A program made the translations under genes and the position numbers. From NCBI RefSeq assembly GCF_009914755.1, contig NC_060932.1: a stretch of 64,000 nt of DNA; one strand, written 5' to 3'. Below are positions 13,003 to 32,100 of this stretch, in pieces. The stretch comes from the human T2T-CHM13v2.0 reference genome, Homo sapiens. The notes under the pieces were generated by a model. The model was not told the DNA's origin. It made no database searches and was given only the letters and a program-made list of their open reading frames with translations. Numbering within the stretch: the stretch's first letter is position 1; each line of letters starts with the position of its first letter.

Positions 13003-13559
13003 TGTTACAGGAAAGGGGTCCAGATCCAGATCCCAAGAGAGGGTTCTTGGATCTCCTGCAAGAAAGAATTCAGGGTGAGTCCACAGTGCAAACTGAAAGC
13101 AAGTTTATTAAGAAAGTAAAAGATAAGAGAATGGCTTATTAAGAAAGTAAAAGAATAAGAGAAGTCTGCTGGTTGACCATTTTTTTATGGTTATTTCTTG
13201 ATGATATGCTAAGGGATGGATTATTCATGCCTCCTTTTTTTATACCATATAGGGTAACTTCCTGATGTTGCCATGGTATTTGTAAACTGCCATGGCACTG
13301 GTGGGTGTGTAGCAGTGAGGATGACCAGACGTCAAACTCATCGCCATTTCGTTTTTCATGAGTTTGGGCCAGGTCCTTTACTGAAATCTGTTTTATCAGC
13401 AAGGTCTTTATGACCTGTATTTTGTGCCAACCTCCTATCTTATCCTGTAACTTAGAATGCCTTAACCATCTGGGAATGCAGTCCAGTAGGTTTCAGCCTC
13501 ATTTTACCCAGCTCCTGTTTAATTAAGATGGAGTTGCTTTGGTTCACATGTCTCTGACA
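13003..13559 (-). mobile_element. MER41A solo LTR (ERV1)
   Basis: Minus strand TGTCAGAGAC...CCCCTTTCCTGTAACA; 4-bp TSD TAAT (12999-13002, 13560-13563); length about 557 bp. Confidence 0.85.
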
Positions 13560-13919
13560 TAATGATAAAGACAATTGATGAGACTTATTTTTTTTCTGTG
13601 TCAGGAAACACTAAACACGTATTCAAATGAAGAACCCTCACAGTCATTTTAGAATCCTAGAAGATCGAAGGTAGAGGATGTCTGAGTGTCTGAGATTATT
13701 TAGGTAATGTTAGTTGATTCTGAAAATGAATATAAGTGGGTATGAGACTATGTGGACATACAAATTCTCAGCAAACGGTAGGTGCTCAATGAATGCAGAA
13801 TGGGTAAGTAAATGAGTGAGTGAACCACGAATGGAGAAATTTTAGATGCAGGATATCTGAGAATTCCAGAAATCTGGATTTCAAATTTGAGGATTTTGCT
13901 GGGCCCTTTTGGAATGACG

Positions 13920-14150
13920 TAATAGCTAACTTTTACTGAGCTGCTTGCCATATGCCCGTTGTGGTTCTAAGTGTGTACAATTCATCTAGTCTCCACAACA
14001 GTGCTATCGGCATAATACAAATATTGGCCTCACTTCTATAGGTCAGGAAAGTGAAGTTCAGATAGCCTCAGTAACTTGCCAAAGGCTACACGGCAGGTAA
14101 ATTTAGATCTGGAAGCAATTCCAGCTGTGTGACTCCAATGTCTGTCTTTC
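13920..14150 (-). mobile_element. MIR
   Basis: AATAGCTAACTTTTACTGAG...AGTAACTTGCCAAAGGCTACAC...TGTGTGACTCCAA. Confidence 0.7.
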
Positions 14151-15613
14151 TATCTGTGGCATTAAAATACAAGACCTGACTTTTTGTGTGTCAAAATTGC
14201 TCACATTTTGGTAGAGGAAACATACAAACAATATAGAAATCAAGTGCTATAAAAAGTAGGTATATCATGGAGTGTAATAAGTGTAATTTGTGTCTTCTCA
14301 TTTTAGGCATAAGTGGTTTAGAAGATAAAAAGGTGAACCAATATAGCTGCTTTTAATCTACTAATTTAATATTGGAAAATATGCGCTGAAATTCTTCTTA
14401 CTTATTCTGGGGCTTGATCTAGTTATATTTTTCCTTGCACACACCTTTCTGCAATCATCTTAGCACTTCTTTGTTATACCTAAAAATATGTCATAAATAT
14501 TTCAAACACCTGATTCAAACCAATTTTCTCATGAAAACCTGTACATAGAGAAAGTTGCTGTGATAAGGGTTTCCTTTTTCATAGATTGTGCGTGTGGGGC
14601 TTAATATAAATGTACTAGCTATTTACCAGGTGGTGACTATGTAGTAAGCGGTTCGCCCATATTTTCCATTTTGACAATTACAATATTATGAGGGAGGTAA
14701 TTTGATCTGTTTTTAACTAAAGACATCAGAGACGTAGAAATGTTGAGTGATGTACCTAAAGGAGGTAGAAAGTCCAGAACTTTAATCCAAGTCTCTGATC
14801 CCTAATCCAGGTTTTTTTTTTCCTACTACAAGATGCTGCCTCCTTTAAAAAAAAAGTGCCTGAGATATTTGTTGTATGTTCAAACTATATTGCCTTCTTA
14901 TGCCTTTATCTACTGACTTCAAAATATATTGATACAGAGTAAATAATAAAATCAGCTTTAGGATCCCAACACATTTAAAAGAGATAAGACCTCATATAAT
15001 CAGATCAAGGCAGATATAGGCAAAGTTTGAATTTTTAAATCATATTTAGTTCTCTAAAAGTCATAGTAAAAAGAAAAATTAATCCGCTTATGTTCACTGG
15101 GCTGTCAGAGTGCTTTAAGTATCATTATCTTCCCTAATAGAACAGGTCTATGGTGGAGAGCTAACTTTATTTCAATCCTTCAACTTATCACTTGCTCTCC
15201 TTGGCACCACTGAAAATATGTCATCTAGTATTTAAATATGTGGATTTTTATTCTAACTTCATAGATGAGAAAGTTGAAATGCAAAAGACGAGGTCACTTT
15301 CCAAGGTTATACAATTTTGAAGTAAAAAATCTGGCTATCAAAACCAGATCCACCTAACCCCAGGTCAATGTTTATGAAACTGTGAAAAATATCTCTGCAT
15401 GGAGGAGACTAGAATTGTCAAATTTGTCTGAGAGTTTGGAATGTCAGTAACAGTTTTGTGCTTTTCTTCTAAAAATCCTAAATTCCTATTGTGTATGTGT
15501 CTATGTGTAGGCTACGGCAACATAACCCTTAGGAGACATATATGAATAAAAGGAGGGCAGCCATCTGTTGCTTATCCTTTTCAAAGTTTTATTTATTTAC
15601 TTAAAACTTTTAC

Positions 15614-16053
15614 ATGTCCCCCAAATATTCCTATGTTGAAATCCTAACCCCAAGTACTTCACAATGTGATTTTATTTGGAGAGGGTCTTTATAAAGGTAA
15701 TCAAATTAAATTAGGTTATTAGGGGGCATTCTAATATGATATGACTGGTGCTGTAAATAGGGGAAATTTGAAAATAGAAATGCACACAGGTAGAACGCCA
15801 TGTGACCATGAAGGCCGTTATTGGGCTGATGTTTCAACAAGTCACATAGTGCCAAAGAGTGCCAGCAAATTGCCAGATGGTGGGGGCATGGCACGGGGCA
15901 AATTCTCCCTCACCTCCCTCCTAAGGAACCAACACGGCTCACCCCTTGATCTCACAGACTTCTGGCTTCCAGAACTGTGAGGGAGTAAATTTCTGTGTCT
16001 TAAGCCACTTAGTTTGTGGTACTTTTTTATCATAGTCTTACAAAAGCAATACA
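15614..16053 (+). mobile_element. MLT1B/C-type LTR
   Basis: ATGTTGAAATCCTAACCCC...GACTTCTGGCTTCCAGAACTGTGA...TAAGCCACTTAGTTTGTGGTAC. Confidence 0.8.
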
Positions 16054-16317
16054 GATGCTGTGCATTAAGATTCAAAATATACTGGATTTTCTTTTTTTTT
16101 TTTTTAATTATTATTATACTTTAAGTTTTAGGGTACATGTGCACAATGTGCAGTTTAGTTACATATGTATACATGTGCCATGCTGGTGTGCTGCACCCAC
16201 TAACTCGTCATCTAGCATTAGGTATATCTCCCAATGCTATCCCTCCCCTCTCCCCCCACCCCACAACAGTCTCCAGAGTGTGATGTTCCCCTTCCTGTGT
16301 CCATATGTTCTCATTGT

Positions 16318-20143
<3,826 letters not shown>

Positions 20144-20206
20144 TATGATGTTAGCTGGTTATTTTGCTCGTTAGTTGATGCAGTTTCTTCCTAGTCTTGA
20201 TGGTCT

Positions 20207-21219
20207 TTACATTTTGGCATGATTTTGCAGCGGCTAGTACTGGTTGTTCCTTTCCATGTTTAGTGCTTCCTTCAGGAGCTCTTTTAGGGCAGGCCTGGTG
20301 GTGACAGAATCTCTCAACATTTGCTTGTCTGTAAAGTATTTTATTTCTCCTTCACTTATGAAGCTTAGTTTGGCTGGATATGAAATTCTGGGTTGAAAAT
20401 TCTTTTCTTTAAAAATGTTGAATATTGGCCCCCACTCTCTTCTGGCTTGTAGAATTTCTGCCGAGAGATCCGCTGTTAGTCTGATGGGCTTCCCTTTGTG
20501 GGTAACCCGACCCTTCTCTCTGGCTGCCCTTAACATTTTTTCCTTCATTTCAACTTTGGTGAATCTGACAATTACATGTCTTGGAGTTGCTCTTCTTGAG
20601 GAGTATCTTTGTGGCGTTCTCTGTATTTCCTGAATCTGAATGTTGGCCTGCCTTGCTAGATTGGGGAAGTTCTCCTGGATAATATCCTGCAGAGTGTTTT
20701 CCAACTTGGTTCCATTCTCCCCGTCACTTTCAGGTATACCAATCAGACGTAGATTTGGTCTTTTCACATAGTCCCATATTTCTTGGAGGCTTTGTTCATT
20801 TCTTTTTATTCTTTTTTCTCTAAACTTCCCTTCTCGCTTCATTTTATTCATTTCATCTTCCATCACTGATACCCTTTCTTCCAGTTGATCGCATCAGCTC
20901 CTGAGGCTTCTGCATTCTTCACATAGTTCTCGAGCCTTGGCTTTCAGCTCCATCAGCTCCTTTAAGCACTTCTCTGTAATGGTTATTCTAGTTATACATT
21001 TGTCTAAATTTTTTCAAAGTTTTTAACTTCTTTGGCTTTGGTTTGAATTTCCTTTTGTAGCTTGTAGTTTGATCGTCTGAAGCCTTCTTCTCTCAACTCG
21101 TCAAAGTCATTCTCCGTCCAGCTTTGTTCCACTGCTGGTGAGGAACTGTGATCCTTTGGAGGAGGAGAGGTGCTCTGCTTTTTAGAGTTTCCAGTTTTTC
21201 TGCTCTGTTTTTTCCCCAT
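20207..21219 (-). pseudogene. L1 ORF1, disrupted
   Basis: MGKKQSRKTGNSKKQS start at 21219; frame broken near 21010; C-terminal part (RPNLRLIGIPE...YPAKLSF) stops early at TAG 20236-20234. Confidence 0.95.
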
Positions 21220-22258
21220 CTTTGTGGTTTTATCTACTTTTGGTCTTTGATGATGGTGATGTACAGATGGGTTTTTGATGTGGATGTCCTTTCTGTTTGT
21301 TAGTTTTCCTTCTAACAGACAGGACCCTCAGCTGCAGGTCTGTTGGAGTTTGCTAGGGGTCCACTCCAGACCCTGTTTGCCTGGGTATCAGCAGCGGTGT
21401 CTGCAGAACAGTGGTTTTTCATGAACCGCGAATGCTGCTGTCTGATCGTTCCTCTGGAAGTTTTGTCTCAGAGGAGTACCCGGCAGTGTGAGGTGTCAGT
21501 CTGCCCCTACTGGGGGTGCCTCCCAGTTAGGCTGCTCAGGTGTCAGGGATCAGGGGTCAGGGAGCCACTTGAGGAGGCAGTCTGCCCGTTCTCAGATCTC
21601 CAGCTGCGTGCTGGGAGAACCACTGCTCTCTTTAAAGCTGTCAGACAGGGACATTTAAGTCTGCAGAGGTTACTGCTGTGTTTTTGTTTGTCTGCGCCCT
21701 GCCCCCAGAGGTGGAGCCTACAGAGGCAGGCAGGCCTCCTTGAGCTGTGGTGGGCTCCACCCAGTTGGAGCTTCCCGGCTGCTTTGTTTACCTAAGCAAG
21801 CTTGGGCAATGGCGGGCAGCCCTCCCCCAGCCTCGCTGCCACCTTGCAGTTTGATCTCAGACTGCTGTGCTAGCAATCAGCGAGACTCCGTGGGCATAGG
21901 ACCCTCAGAGCGAGGTGCAGGATATAATCTCCTGGTGCACCGTTTTTTAAGCCTGTCGGAAAAGCGCAGTATTAGGGCAGGAGTGACCCGATTTTCCAGG
22001 TGCCGTCTGTCACCCCTTTCTTTGACTAGGAAAGGGAACTCCCTGAGCTCTTGCGCTTCCTGAGTGAGTCAATGCCTCACCCTGCTTCGGCTCGCACACG
22101 GTGCGCTGCACCCACTGACCTGTGCCCACTGTCTGGCACTCCCTAGTGAGATGAACCCGTTACCTCAGATGGAAATGCAGAAATCCCCCGTCTTCTGCGC
22201 CACTCATGCTGGGAGCTGTAGACCGGAGCTGTTCCTATTCGGCCATCTTGGCTCCTCC
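21220..22258 (-). promoter_or_regulatory. L1 5'UTR with sense and antisense promoters; YY1 site intact
   Basis: CAAGATGGCC on minus strand at 22250-22241; CpG-rich UTR. Confidence 0.7.
21809..22063 (+). CDS. L1 ORF0 (antisense 5'UTR ORF), 84 aa, open
   Basis: MAGSPPPASLPPCSLISDCCASNQRDSVG... matches primate ORF0; GCAATGG Kozak context; expression unknown. Confidence 0.6.
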   Translation: MAGSPPPASLPPCSLISDCCASNQRDSVGIGPSERGAGYNLLVHRFLSLSEKRSIRAGVTRFSRCRLSPLSLTRKGNSLSSCAS

Positions 22259-23869
22259 CTGGATTTTCTTTAAAGACTGGAAATAATCTCCTTTTTCAGA
22301 TTACAGATACAGACTGCACCAGTATTTCTTCTATCTCTAAATAAAGGAAACTCCATTAAAACAATAAATAAAGCATTTTACCATGGCTGCTACAGAAGGC
22401 ATTTAAGTAGCTCTGGCTACCACCTGCACTAAATTCTTCAATTATGACTGCCATCCATGTGCTTCAGACAGTTTGACAAGGGCAGCTGAATCAGTGAGAG
22501 ACACCAAGTCCATGAGAGGGAACAAGAGCACCATAAATGAATTAAGAGTTGGGTGACAGAGGGTCCTCATGGAGAGCCTGATGTGAAAGGAAAAGCATGA
22601 GTAAGTGTAAGTCTAAATAGTAACCTACCCCACCCCAATAAACTCCATCCCATTCTGCCGAATCCCCTGCATGCCACGGATGTGGGACCTAAGGAAGGCT
22701 TCTTTGATATATTTGATAATCCTAGAACAAATCTATTAATAAGCACAACTGCTTGGCTACACTTGTACTCTCACCCTTTATCCTTTTGGTGAATTAAAAA
22801 AAAAAAAAAAAGACGTCTCCCTTTGAGGAGGAGACAGGTGGATCATGAAGAGACATGGCCAGACTGTGGTTATATAACTGCGAAAGGATGAATTGTTGGT
22901 GGGCACTGGCATTGCAGTGGGGCAGCAGGCAGAGGAGGAATTGTTCAGATGAACATTGTATGATACCACATGCAGCATTCTAGAGGAGGTGGCTGCAAGC
23001 TGAGCTAGCAGGGAGAGGGAGGTTGAGCAAGCGGGAAATTGGGAGCAACCAGAGTACTGCCAGCAGTACTGTTCAAGTCATGTGTAAAATAATTTCTCAT
23101 ATGTGCTCAAGGTCTTTGAGTAAGGAAATAATGATAAAATTACTCTCATCAGCATCCATAAAATGTGCTTCTGAGAAGGCCTGAGGGCTACATGTCTAAT
23201 ATGCTGGAATTGGTGCTAACATAGAAGTGTACAGTGAGTGTTTTGACAGTCATTTATTCTGCGTCCAGTGGTCAGGGAGGAGACGACATTTGAGCTGGCC
23301 TTGAAGGATATAGACAGCACCCATCTTCTGATTTCACATGCCTCTGCTCATCCCAGAGACCTCTGAACTTATCGGCTTTATATAAAAACGTTAGTGACGG
23401 TTGGCTAGCTTGAGCAATAACACTTCTCTGAGCAAACCGAATTGTCTCAAGCTTTCATCATTTTGTTGGTGGATGTTCAGATGCTGTGGAATAATCTAGC
23501 TATCCAGCTGCATCAAATGTTGCATTACCAAAGAAAATGGTTTCTTCAACTGAACATGAGAAGTTCAAGGCTGCCTGCAGACACAATCCATCTGTGAATA
23601 CAACTTTCCTTTGCCCTGGTGACTGAATAGTACATTAAGCTCCATGATATGCATGAGCCAGGTTTCATCTTTGAGGATGAGATCTTAAACAAAGGAAAAA
23701 ATGATAACACGGCCTTTGGGTCATGTCCTTTTCCACGAGTTTCCCAAGTAATTTTTTGCAAAAGAATAGGCTTTTTGTGTGGTAGTTTGCATACCATACC
23801 ATGAAGAAATTGGAAATCAAAGGACAGTATTATACTAGTCACCCTCACCACTGACCATTTTAACATAGC

Positions 23870-24050
23870 AGAGGCATTGCTGCCTAGTGGTTAGTCATGC
23901 CCATTCTGTAGCCAGACCCTTGGATTCAAATTCGAGTTCCTCTGCTTACAAACTGAATGATCCCTGGAAATTACTTAATGTCTCAATACCTCGGTTTCTT
24001 TATGAGTAAAAAGGGAATTATCGTAGTGCTCATCTTATATTGAGAATTAA
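23870..24050 (+). mobile_element. MIR
   Basis: GGATTCAAATTCGAGTTCCTCTGCTTAC...TTACTTAA...CCTCGGTTTCTT. Confidence 0.7.
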
Positions 24051-24599
24051 CTCTAAACTACTTCTAAAGGTCTACAAAAGTTGGTTGTAACAGATTAATT
24101 TCTGAACTGTTGGATACTCCTTAGAATTCCTGGTAGACTCCATCTCAAATTTTTATCATCTCTGAAATTGACTGTACAAAAAAAAAGTGTCTATTAAGCC
24201 TCTTAAAACAATGTTGATTACAATGATTTTAAGAATGACATTGTGATAGCAACAGCAATGACAATTCTTTAAAAATAGTTGTACCTAAGATTCTTTAGTG
24301 ATTGTATATGCTCTGGGCTCAATGCTTTATTCCACATCATGTTATTTAATCCTTCTCCAAGCCCTATACAATAAGTTATGGTTCTTCACGTTTTATGGAA
24401 ACAAAGAGAGATGTTCATAGCAACTAGGTAATTGGCTGTGCCTCTCATCTCTGATAAGTGCCAGGACCTGGATTTAAACTAGAAGCTCTGATCTTAATCT
24501 AATTACTTTAGTTTCTCATGTATCACTCTGCACTGCATTCATCAATGTAAGTACTGTATCTCCCTGTAGACTGAGATATAGAAGCTGCATTTTCTTCTA

Positions 24600-25230
24600 T
24601 TTCTCTTGTACCCTTCTGCAAAACCCCGATCTTTTCTACATCATGCCAATACTGTTAACAATGCTTATTGCTGGTGGTTCTTGGTTTGTTTATCTTCATA
24701 CAGTCATTGATCTTTTAGCACTTAGTTTCTAATTTTTCTCTTCATCCTATTTCCTTCTTTTAAATCAAATCTGATCATATCAGGACTCTACTTAAAATTC
24801 ATCAATGGCTCCTCATTTTGGGCAGAGGGAGTGAAAACCAGATCATTACCACAACCTGCAAACCTTGCACGATCCAGCCCTGTCAATATTTTGTTTCATG
24901 TGACTTGCTGTTTCCTCTTGATCTCTGCACTTCAACCACATGGTTTTATTTTTCCTGTTCCTAATATAAGCTTTGATCTATCAAATCACAGGGTATCTGA
25001 TATGCTATCTCCTCAGTTTAAGCATTCTTTCCTTCTGCATTTGTACAGGTTTTCCCCATTCTTCCTAGAAATTTAAAATCAGTAAATGTTTCCTTGTGGA
25101 AGACTTCCTGGAGCTGACATTGGACATTGTCAAGTTGCCGTGTACCTTTCCTCTGTAGCACCTGTTGCAGTTTACCTTGGCCGTTAGACCCCAAACTCTA
25201 TGAGGGCAAGAGCCAGGTCTTTTAATAGAA
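24600..25230 (+). mobile_element. L2 fragments
   Basis: AAATCTGATCAT...CTTAAAATTCATCAATGGCTCCTCA...TAGACCCCAAACTCTATGAGGGCAAG. Confidence 0.6.
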
Positions 25231-26589
25231 ATAGAAAATAATTCATTTTGACTGCAAATATATAAAAGGGTGTGTGTCTATAGAAGGGCCCTCAGTTCAC
25301 TATCATTGAAAAATGCATTAATTATATTTTCACCATAATGGAGAAGAGATTTTGTGATTGCACGTACAGATACACACATATAAACATACACAGACTGCAG
25401 AATTATTTCTAAACTAACTGAGCTTGTTTTTCTAAGCAGATTTAAGTTAAGCAAATGTAAAATTGCAGTCAGAGCATTAATGGGATCTCACTGGCAGAAT
25501 CAGCATCATGGGGTATAGGCATGAGTGGTCCCTCTTTGCTATTTGATGTCTTCCACCACATGATCCCACAGTGTCTATTCAATCTCATCTTAGACATGCT
25601 GTCAACCCATTATAAAACATCACACTGCATCTCACCTCTTACATACCTGGCTTGTGACCTGCCTGGGCTCACTCCCAGATATCATGCCTCCCTAGGCTCT
25701 TGCTTGCTTCATTCCCTGCATCAATGTTGTCCCTGTTCTTTCTAATTGTCTTATTAACAGTGCCACTTCAAGAGCAGATATGTGGAGTTAGTGTTCAAGA
25801 CCTAGCTGTCAAATGAGAATGGTTTCACAGTGGTGCTGTGAAGGTGTCCAAAGATGAAGACTGATGTGTAATAGGCCATGAATAAATGTTATTCTACCAT
25901 ACTCCATTATTCAGAAAGCAGAGCTAAGTCCATCTTCTGCAGGAAGCCTCCATGGATTGCACCCATCCAAACTGACACTCCACCTCCACATTACACTATC
26001 ATGTGCTGTCTACGCTGTGCATTTCTACTCATCTCATCCCTTGGGATGGTTCTGTAACTATTTCATAGGTACATATGTGGCCTTTTAAATAGATTATTCA
26101 TATACCAAGGGCAGAAAACTTGTCTCATGTTAACTTCTTATTCTCATTCACGGAGCCTCATAATAAGTGAATATTAGAGCAGTTTAACTTTTAAGGAATG
26201 AAATTTATATCATACTTATCAGCCACCCTGTATTGTGTACGGTTATTAAGTATCTCACCTCCTTAATTTCTATGATAAAGAAGGCACTGTGGGTATCTAA
26301 CTTTAGCTTACTAAATAAGCACTCAGTCTTTTTGGTAATAAATAGCTTTGGCTTAAAGGAAGTATCCATATGGGAGAAAATGTTCTGTCAATATATTTAT
26401 TTTAGTCCTATCATTGCATGGTTCCACTAAGGTATCTAAATAATTATATTATTGATTTACACATGCATGTGTAAATATATTTGACAAAATTTTGAAGATG
26501 TAAAAATATTCACCATGTAATATTAATTGAAAATAGGGGAATAAATGGTGTGTATTGTGATCTCCACTCTGTATAATGTAAAATTATCA

Positions 26590-26929
<340 letters not shown>

Positions 26930-27178
26930 AAAATTATCAATTACATACTAGAAGAAAAGTCATTAAATATTAACAGAAACTGAATCTAAATATGATTTTA
27001 GATATGATGTTTAAATATATTTACATTCATTACTATTATTTTCAATACATGTCATAAATGACTATTACTTGCTCAAATTTTTCATTACATCAGTGTAAGA
27101 TCTAGAAGTTGTAAACTTATAAACTCTTAATAAAATGCAATATTCTGTATAAAAACTGGCAATATGTTCATTAATTAC

Positions 27179-27546
27179 TGTATCAGTCCATTGTCACACT
27201 GCTGTAAAGAACTACCTGAGACTGGCTAATTTATAAATAAAAGACATTTAATTGACTCACAGTTCCACATGGCTGGAGAGGCCTCAGGAAACTTACAATC
27301 ATGGTGGAAGGTGACAGGGAAGCAAGGCATATCTTACATGGCAGCCAGAGTGAGAGAGAGCCAGGGAGGAAATGCCAAACAGTTTTAAACCATCAAATCT
27401 CATGAGAACTCCCTCACTATCACAAGAACAGCATGGAGGAAACTGCCTCTATGATCCAACCACCTCTCACCAGGTCCATCCCTTGACACATGGAGATTAA
27501 AATTCGAGATGAGATTTGGGTGGGGACACAGAGCCTAACTGTATTA
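27179..27546 (-). mobile_element. THE1D/MSTA-type solo LTR
   Basis: TGTATCAGTCCATTGTCACAC...GGGGACACAGAGCC; TSD ATTAC/ACTAC. Confidence 0.85.
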
Positions 27547-27845
27547 ACTACCATATTTTTAAACTAAATGCTTTTGGTGAGTGTTTATTATGTCTTTCTG
27601 CTGGTGCATAATACAGTTTACCAGGCACAGAGAAAATAATAGCAGAATGTCAGTATTTTGAATGCTTAAGTATCTACCTTTAGTCTATTGGGAAGTAAAG
27701 ATAAGTTCAAGCCTAAAAATGTACTCAAAGAGAAATAATATAGTAATATAAGTTAATAATGGAGGTTATAAAAATCTTTCAAAGAGTATGATCACTAAAA
27801 TAAAATGTAAAGTATAATAGGTGTTATATAAGTAAAGATGAAAAA

Positions 27846-27848
<3 letters not shown>

Positions 27849-27886
<38 letters not shown>

Positions 27887-27890
27887 TGTG
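27849..27890. repeat. (TG)17 microsatellite followed by CGCGTGTG
   Basis: Read directly. Confidence 0.95.
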
Positions 27891-27917
27891 CTGGTATGGC
27901 TTATGATATGCATGTTA

Positions 27918-29163
<1,246 letters not shown>

Positions 29164-32100
29164 GAGATATTTCACCTGGTATCACAGTCCAGCAGCCAGG
29201 TGTATAATTGCCCCTGAATGGGTTGCAGAACGTTGTGCCTGGTACTAAGCGCTTTCTGCTGAGTTTGGGATGTTTGGTTATGCAGCAGTGTTGTGGTGTG
29301 GCTAACGAATTCAGCTGCCATTCCCTTAAATTCTTATGAGTTCCACATCTACCTAAAACACTGCCATATTTACTTGAACCACATGGAAGATGAGCCCTTC
29401 GTAACTAGAGACAAGTAAAGAGAATGGGCCAAGTTTATCCAGCTAGAAGGTAATGAGGACATGTTAGGGAGCCTAAACTTTGTCTAGGATACATACTTCC
29501 CAGAAACAGCTGCTTTTAATTTATTCAGATTAAGGGATATAGTCAGCTGCCTAATTGCTAAGAAATTACAATTTACTCATCGAATAAAAGCTTATTGAGT
29601 ACTTATTGAATACAAGTAATTATTAGCTCAGGGTAATGTGAGGAGCCTCTGATGGCAGCCAGACATTCTAACCTTTTGATGCAATGACATTAAGATACCT
29701 GAGGATTTGAGCAGGACTGTTTTATATTGAGGATCCTGTGCCCCATAGACAAAATGACCCTGAATCGATCTCAATATGAAAAATGAGAGCTCAAAATAAA
29801 TGATCTCTAAAGGGCCTCTAGCTCTAAAATTCTAAACTGTAATGATTATGGCAGGCCTCTAGACTATATATTTCTGGTATTATTCATCAACATTTTCAAC
29901 ATTTCATCATGGGGAAACAACTTTACGACATGAAAAGTGTTACAGGTGTATACGTTATATTTGTATGATGCTTTACAGTTTCCAATATACTTACAATGTA
30001 TTCTCTTCTTGTATCCACAAAAATGTCCTCTGAAGTAGAAAGGACAGAATTTCAACACACATTTAGTGGTTTTATTGACAGGGACCCTGAGTAGTTTAAA
30101 AATTCCCTAAAATTCGACAGAAAATTAAGGACACTGTTTGAGCTTGAAATCGTATTTCTTAAGAATCTAACCCGTTTTTGGTACACTATCTGTAAGGAGA
30201 ACACACATATGTATAGAATATGCAGACAGAGACATTTTTTGTCTTTTTATTTTTCATTCATTAGTTGATTCAGTCATTCATTGATGTAATTATGAAATAA
30301 CCAATTTATTAATTTCTTTCAAGAAAGTATTTTAAAAGTATTAAAACCAAAGAATTTGTAGTGAGTTGCCAGGGTTTGTATCTTAGTTCTGCCAGTATTC
30401 AGCTGCATGTCGTGCCACTTTTCTTATCTGCAGAATGGAATCAGTCATAGACTCTATCTTATAATTTTAAGACAATGAAAACACTAATAGGTATTAAGGC
30501 TCAAGGTAGCACTTGTCCGATGGTACATACATTATGCCCATTCTTATGCTTCTGCACTGTCTATGCATGTATTGAGGAAAGAAAGGAGAATAAAATGTTG
30601 AACTTGGCTTATAGTTGGGAGTAGGGGAAAGAAGGGGAATTGATGAGTAATTTTATTTGTAAATAATTATACAAATGTTTTTAAAATGTTATTATGAATT
30701 AGGTGCAGTCTGAAAGCAGGTGACCTCTGTTCTAAAAACTCTTGAGTAATTGTGACTTTAAAAAATATTGCCTTTGAGTTCAGACAATAGCCTCAGAGTT
30801 TCAGGATGAGCAGATGTCTGTGGTTTCCTACAAGGATCCCACTCTTCATTCTTCTGCATGTCACAAATATTCCTTAGAGAAATCTTCCCCAGTGAGCAGG
30901 AGGTGAATGGCTGGGATCCCCAGCTCCAGCAGCTCCAGCAGCAAGCCTTCTTCCATTCTTGCCAATTATCTGGGTCCACAGTGGAGAGCCAACATTAGGA
31001 TAAAGATGACTCCATGGGAGGCAGTAGGAAGAGGAAGTAATCATACGCTTAAGTGAATTTCTGACCTTCTGAGTTTCTCTCAAACCAAAGCCACCTCCAA
31101 TCCTGGAATGTACAGTAAATAAACCAATAAATCCAGTAACTAACTTCTATTGTCTAAGCCAGTTTGAGGTATGCTTTGGCTTGCATCAGAATTTTTCCTA
31201 ACTGATGCGGATAACTTAGATCCATAAAACTGGGATAGTGCACTTAGTGGAGTCAAGTGCAAATTCCCCCAGGCATCTAGGTGTGATGTCCCACCGCTGC
31301 TACCACCAGCCCCTTCCCAAGTCCACATCCCCATCTCAAGGCATATGTGATTGATCAGTCGTGACCTCACCTGCCCTTCCTCTTCATTCTTGGGTTTATC
31401 TCTGAAACTGTATGCCTGTAGGTCTAAAGCCTAGGTAATATGACTTCAACTTCATGTAGCCCTAGCCCTGCTCATCAGACTACAGCACAAAAAATTGACT
31501 TCTGCTCTGCCATTCATGTTTTCTTCCCAGCACAAAAGGTGATCTTTCTATCTATTACCAACATATAAGGCCTGTATTCAGTTAATATAATAATATATTA
31601 ATAGCTAACAAGAACCCACTTTTTCATAAAAAGAGAAACACAAGGTGAAAAGGGCTTGATATAAATGTTTCAATAATCATTACGACTTGTAAGAGAGTCA
31701 GATTATAGAAAAGATTTCAGAAAACTCCATTTCAAACTCTTTTTTTTTTCTTCTCTACTTTCTGTCTTCTCAGAATGTTAAAGAGATTTCTAGGTCCTAA
31801 GTTTGCTTCGGTTTATTTGTTTCCTGCCCATTAAAGTATATAAATAAATAACAAAAACTCATAACAACTGACTTGTCTTATAAACTCATCCAACCCTTTC
31901 TAACTTAAGTTGAAAAATCTTGATGCTTTTTGCGTTAGGTCTCTCCTTTAAAATTCTTCTCACATTTATTATTCTATGAATTAAAATGTCTATTTTTTAT
32001 AATCTCATATTTCTTCCCTGGATCTTATCACTATCTGTTTCTGCCTCCCTGATTTTCCATGGTGTCTTCAACTAATTTATTTCCATCTCTTTATAGCAAA

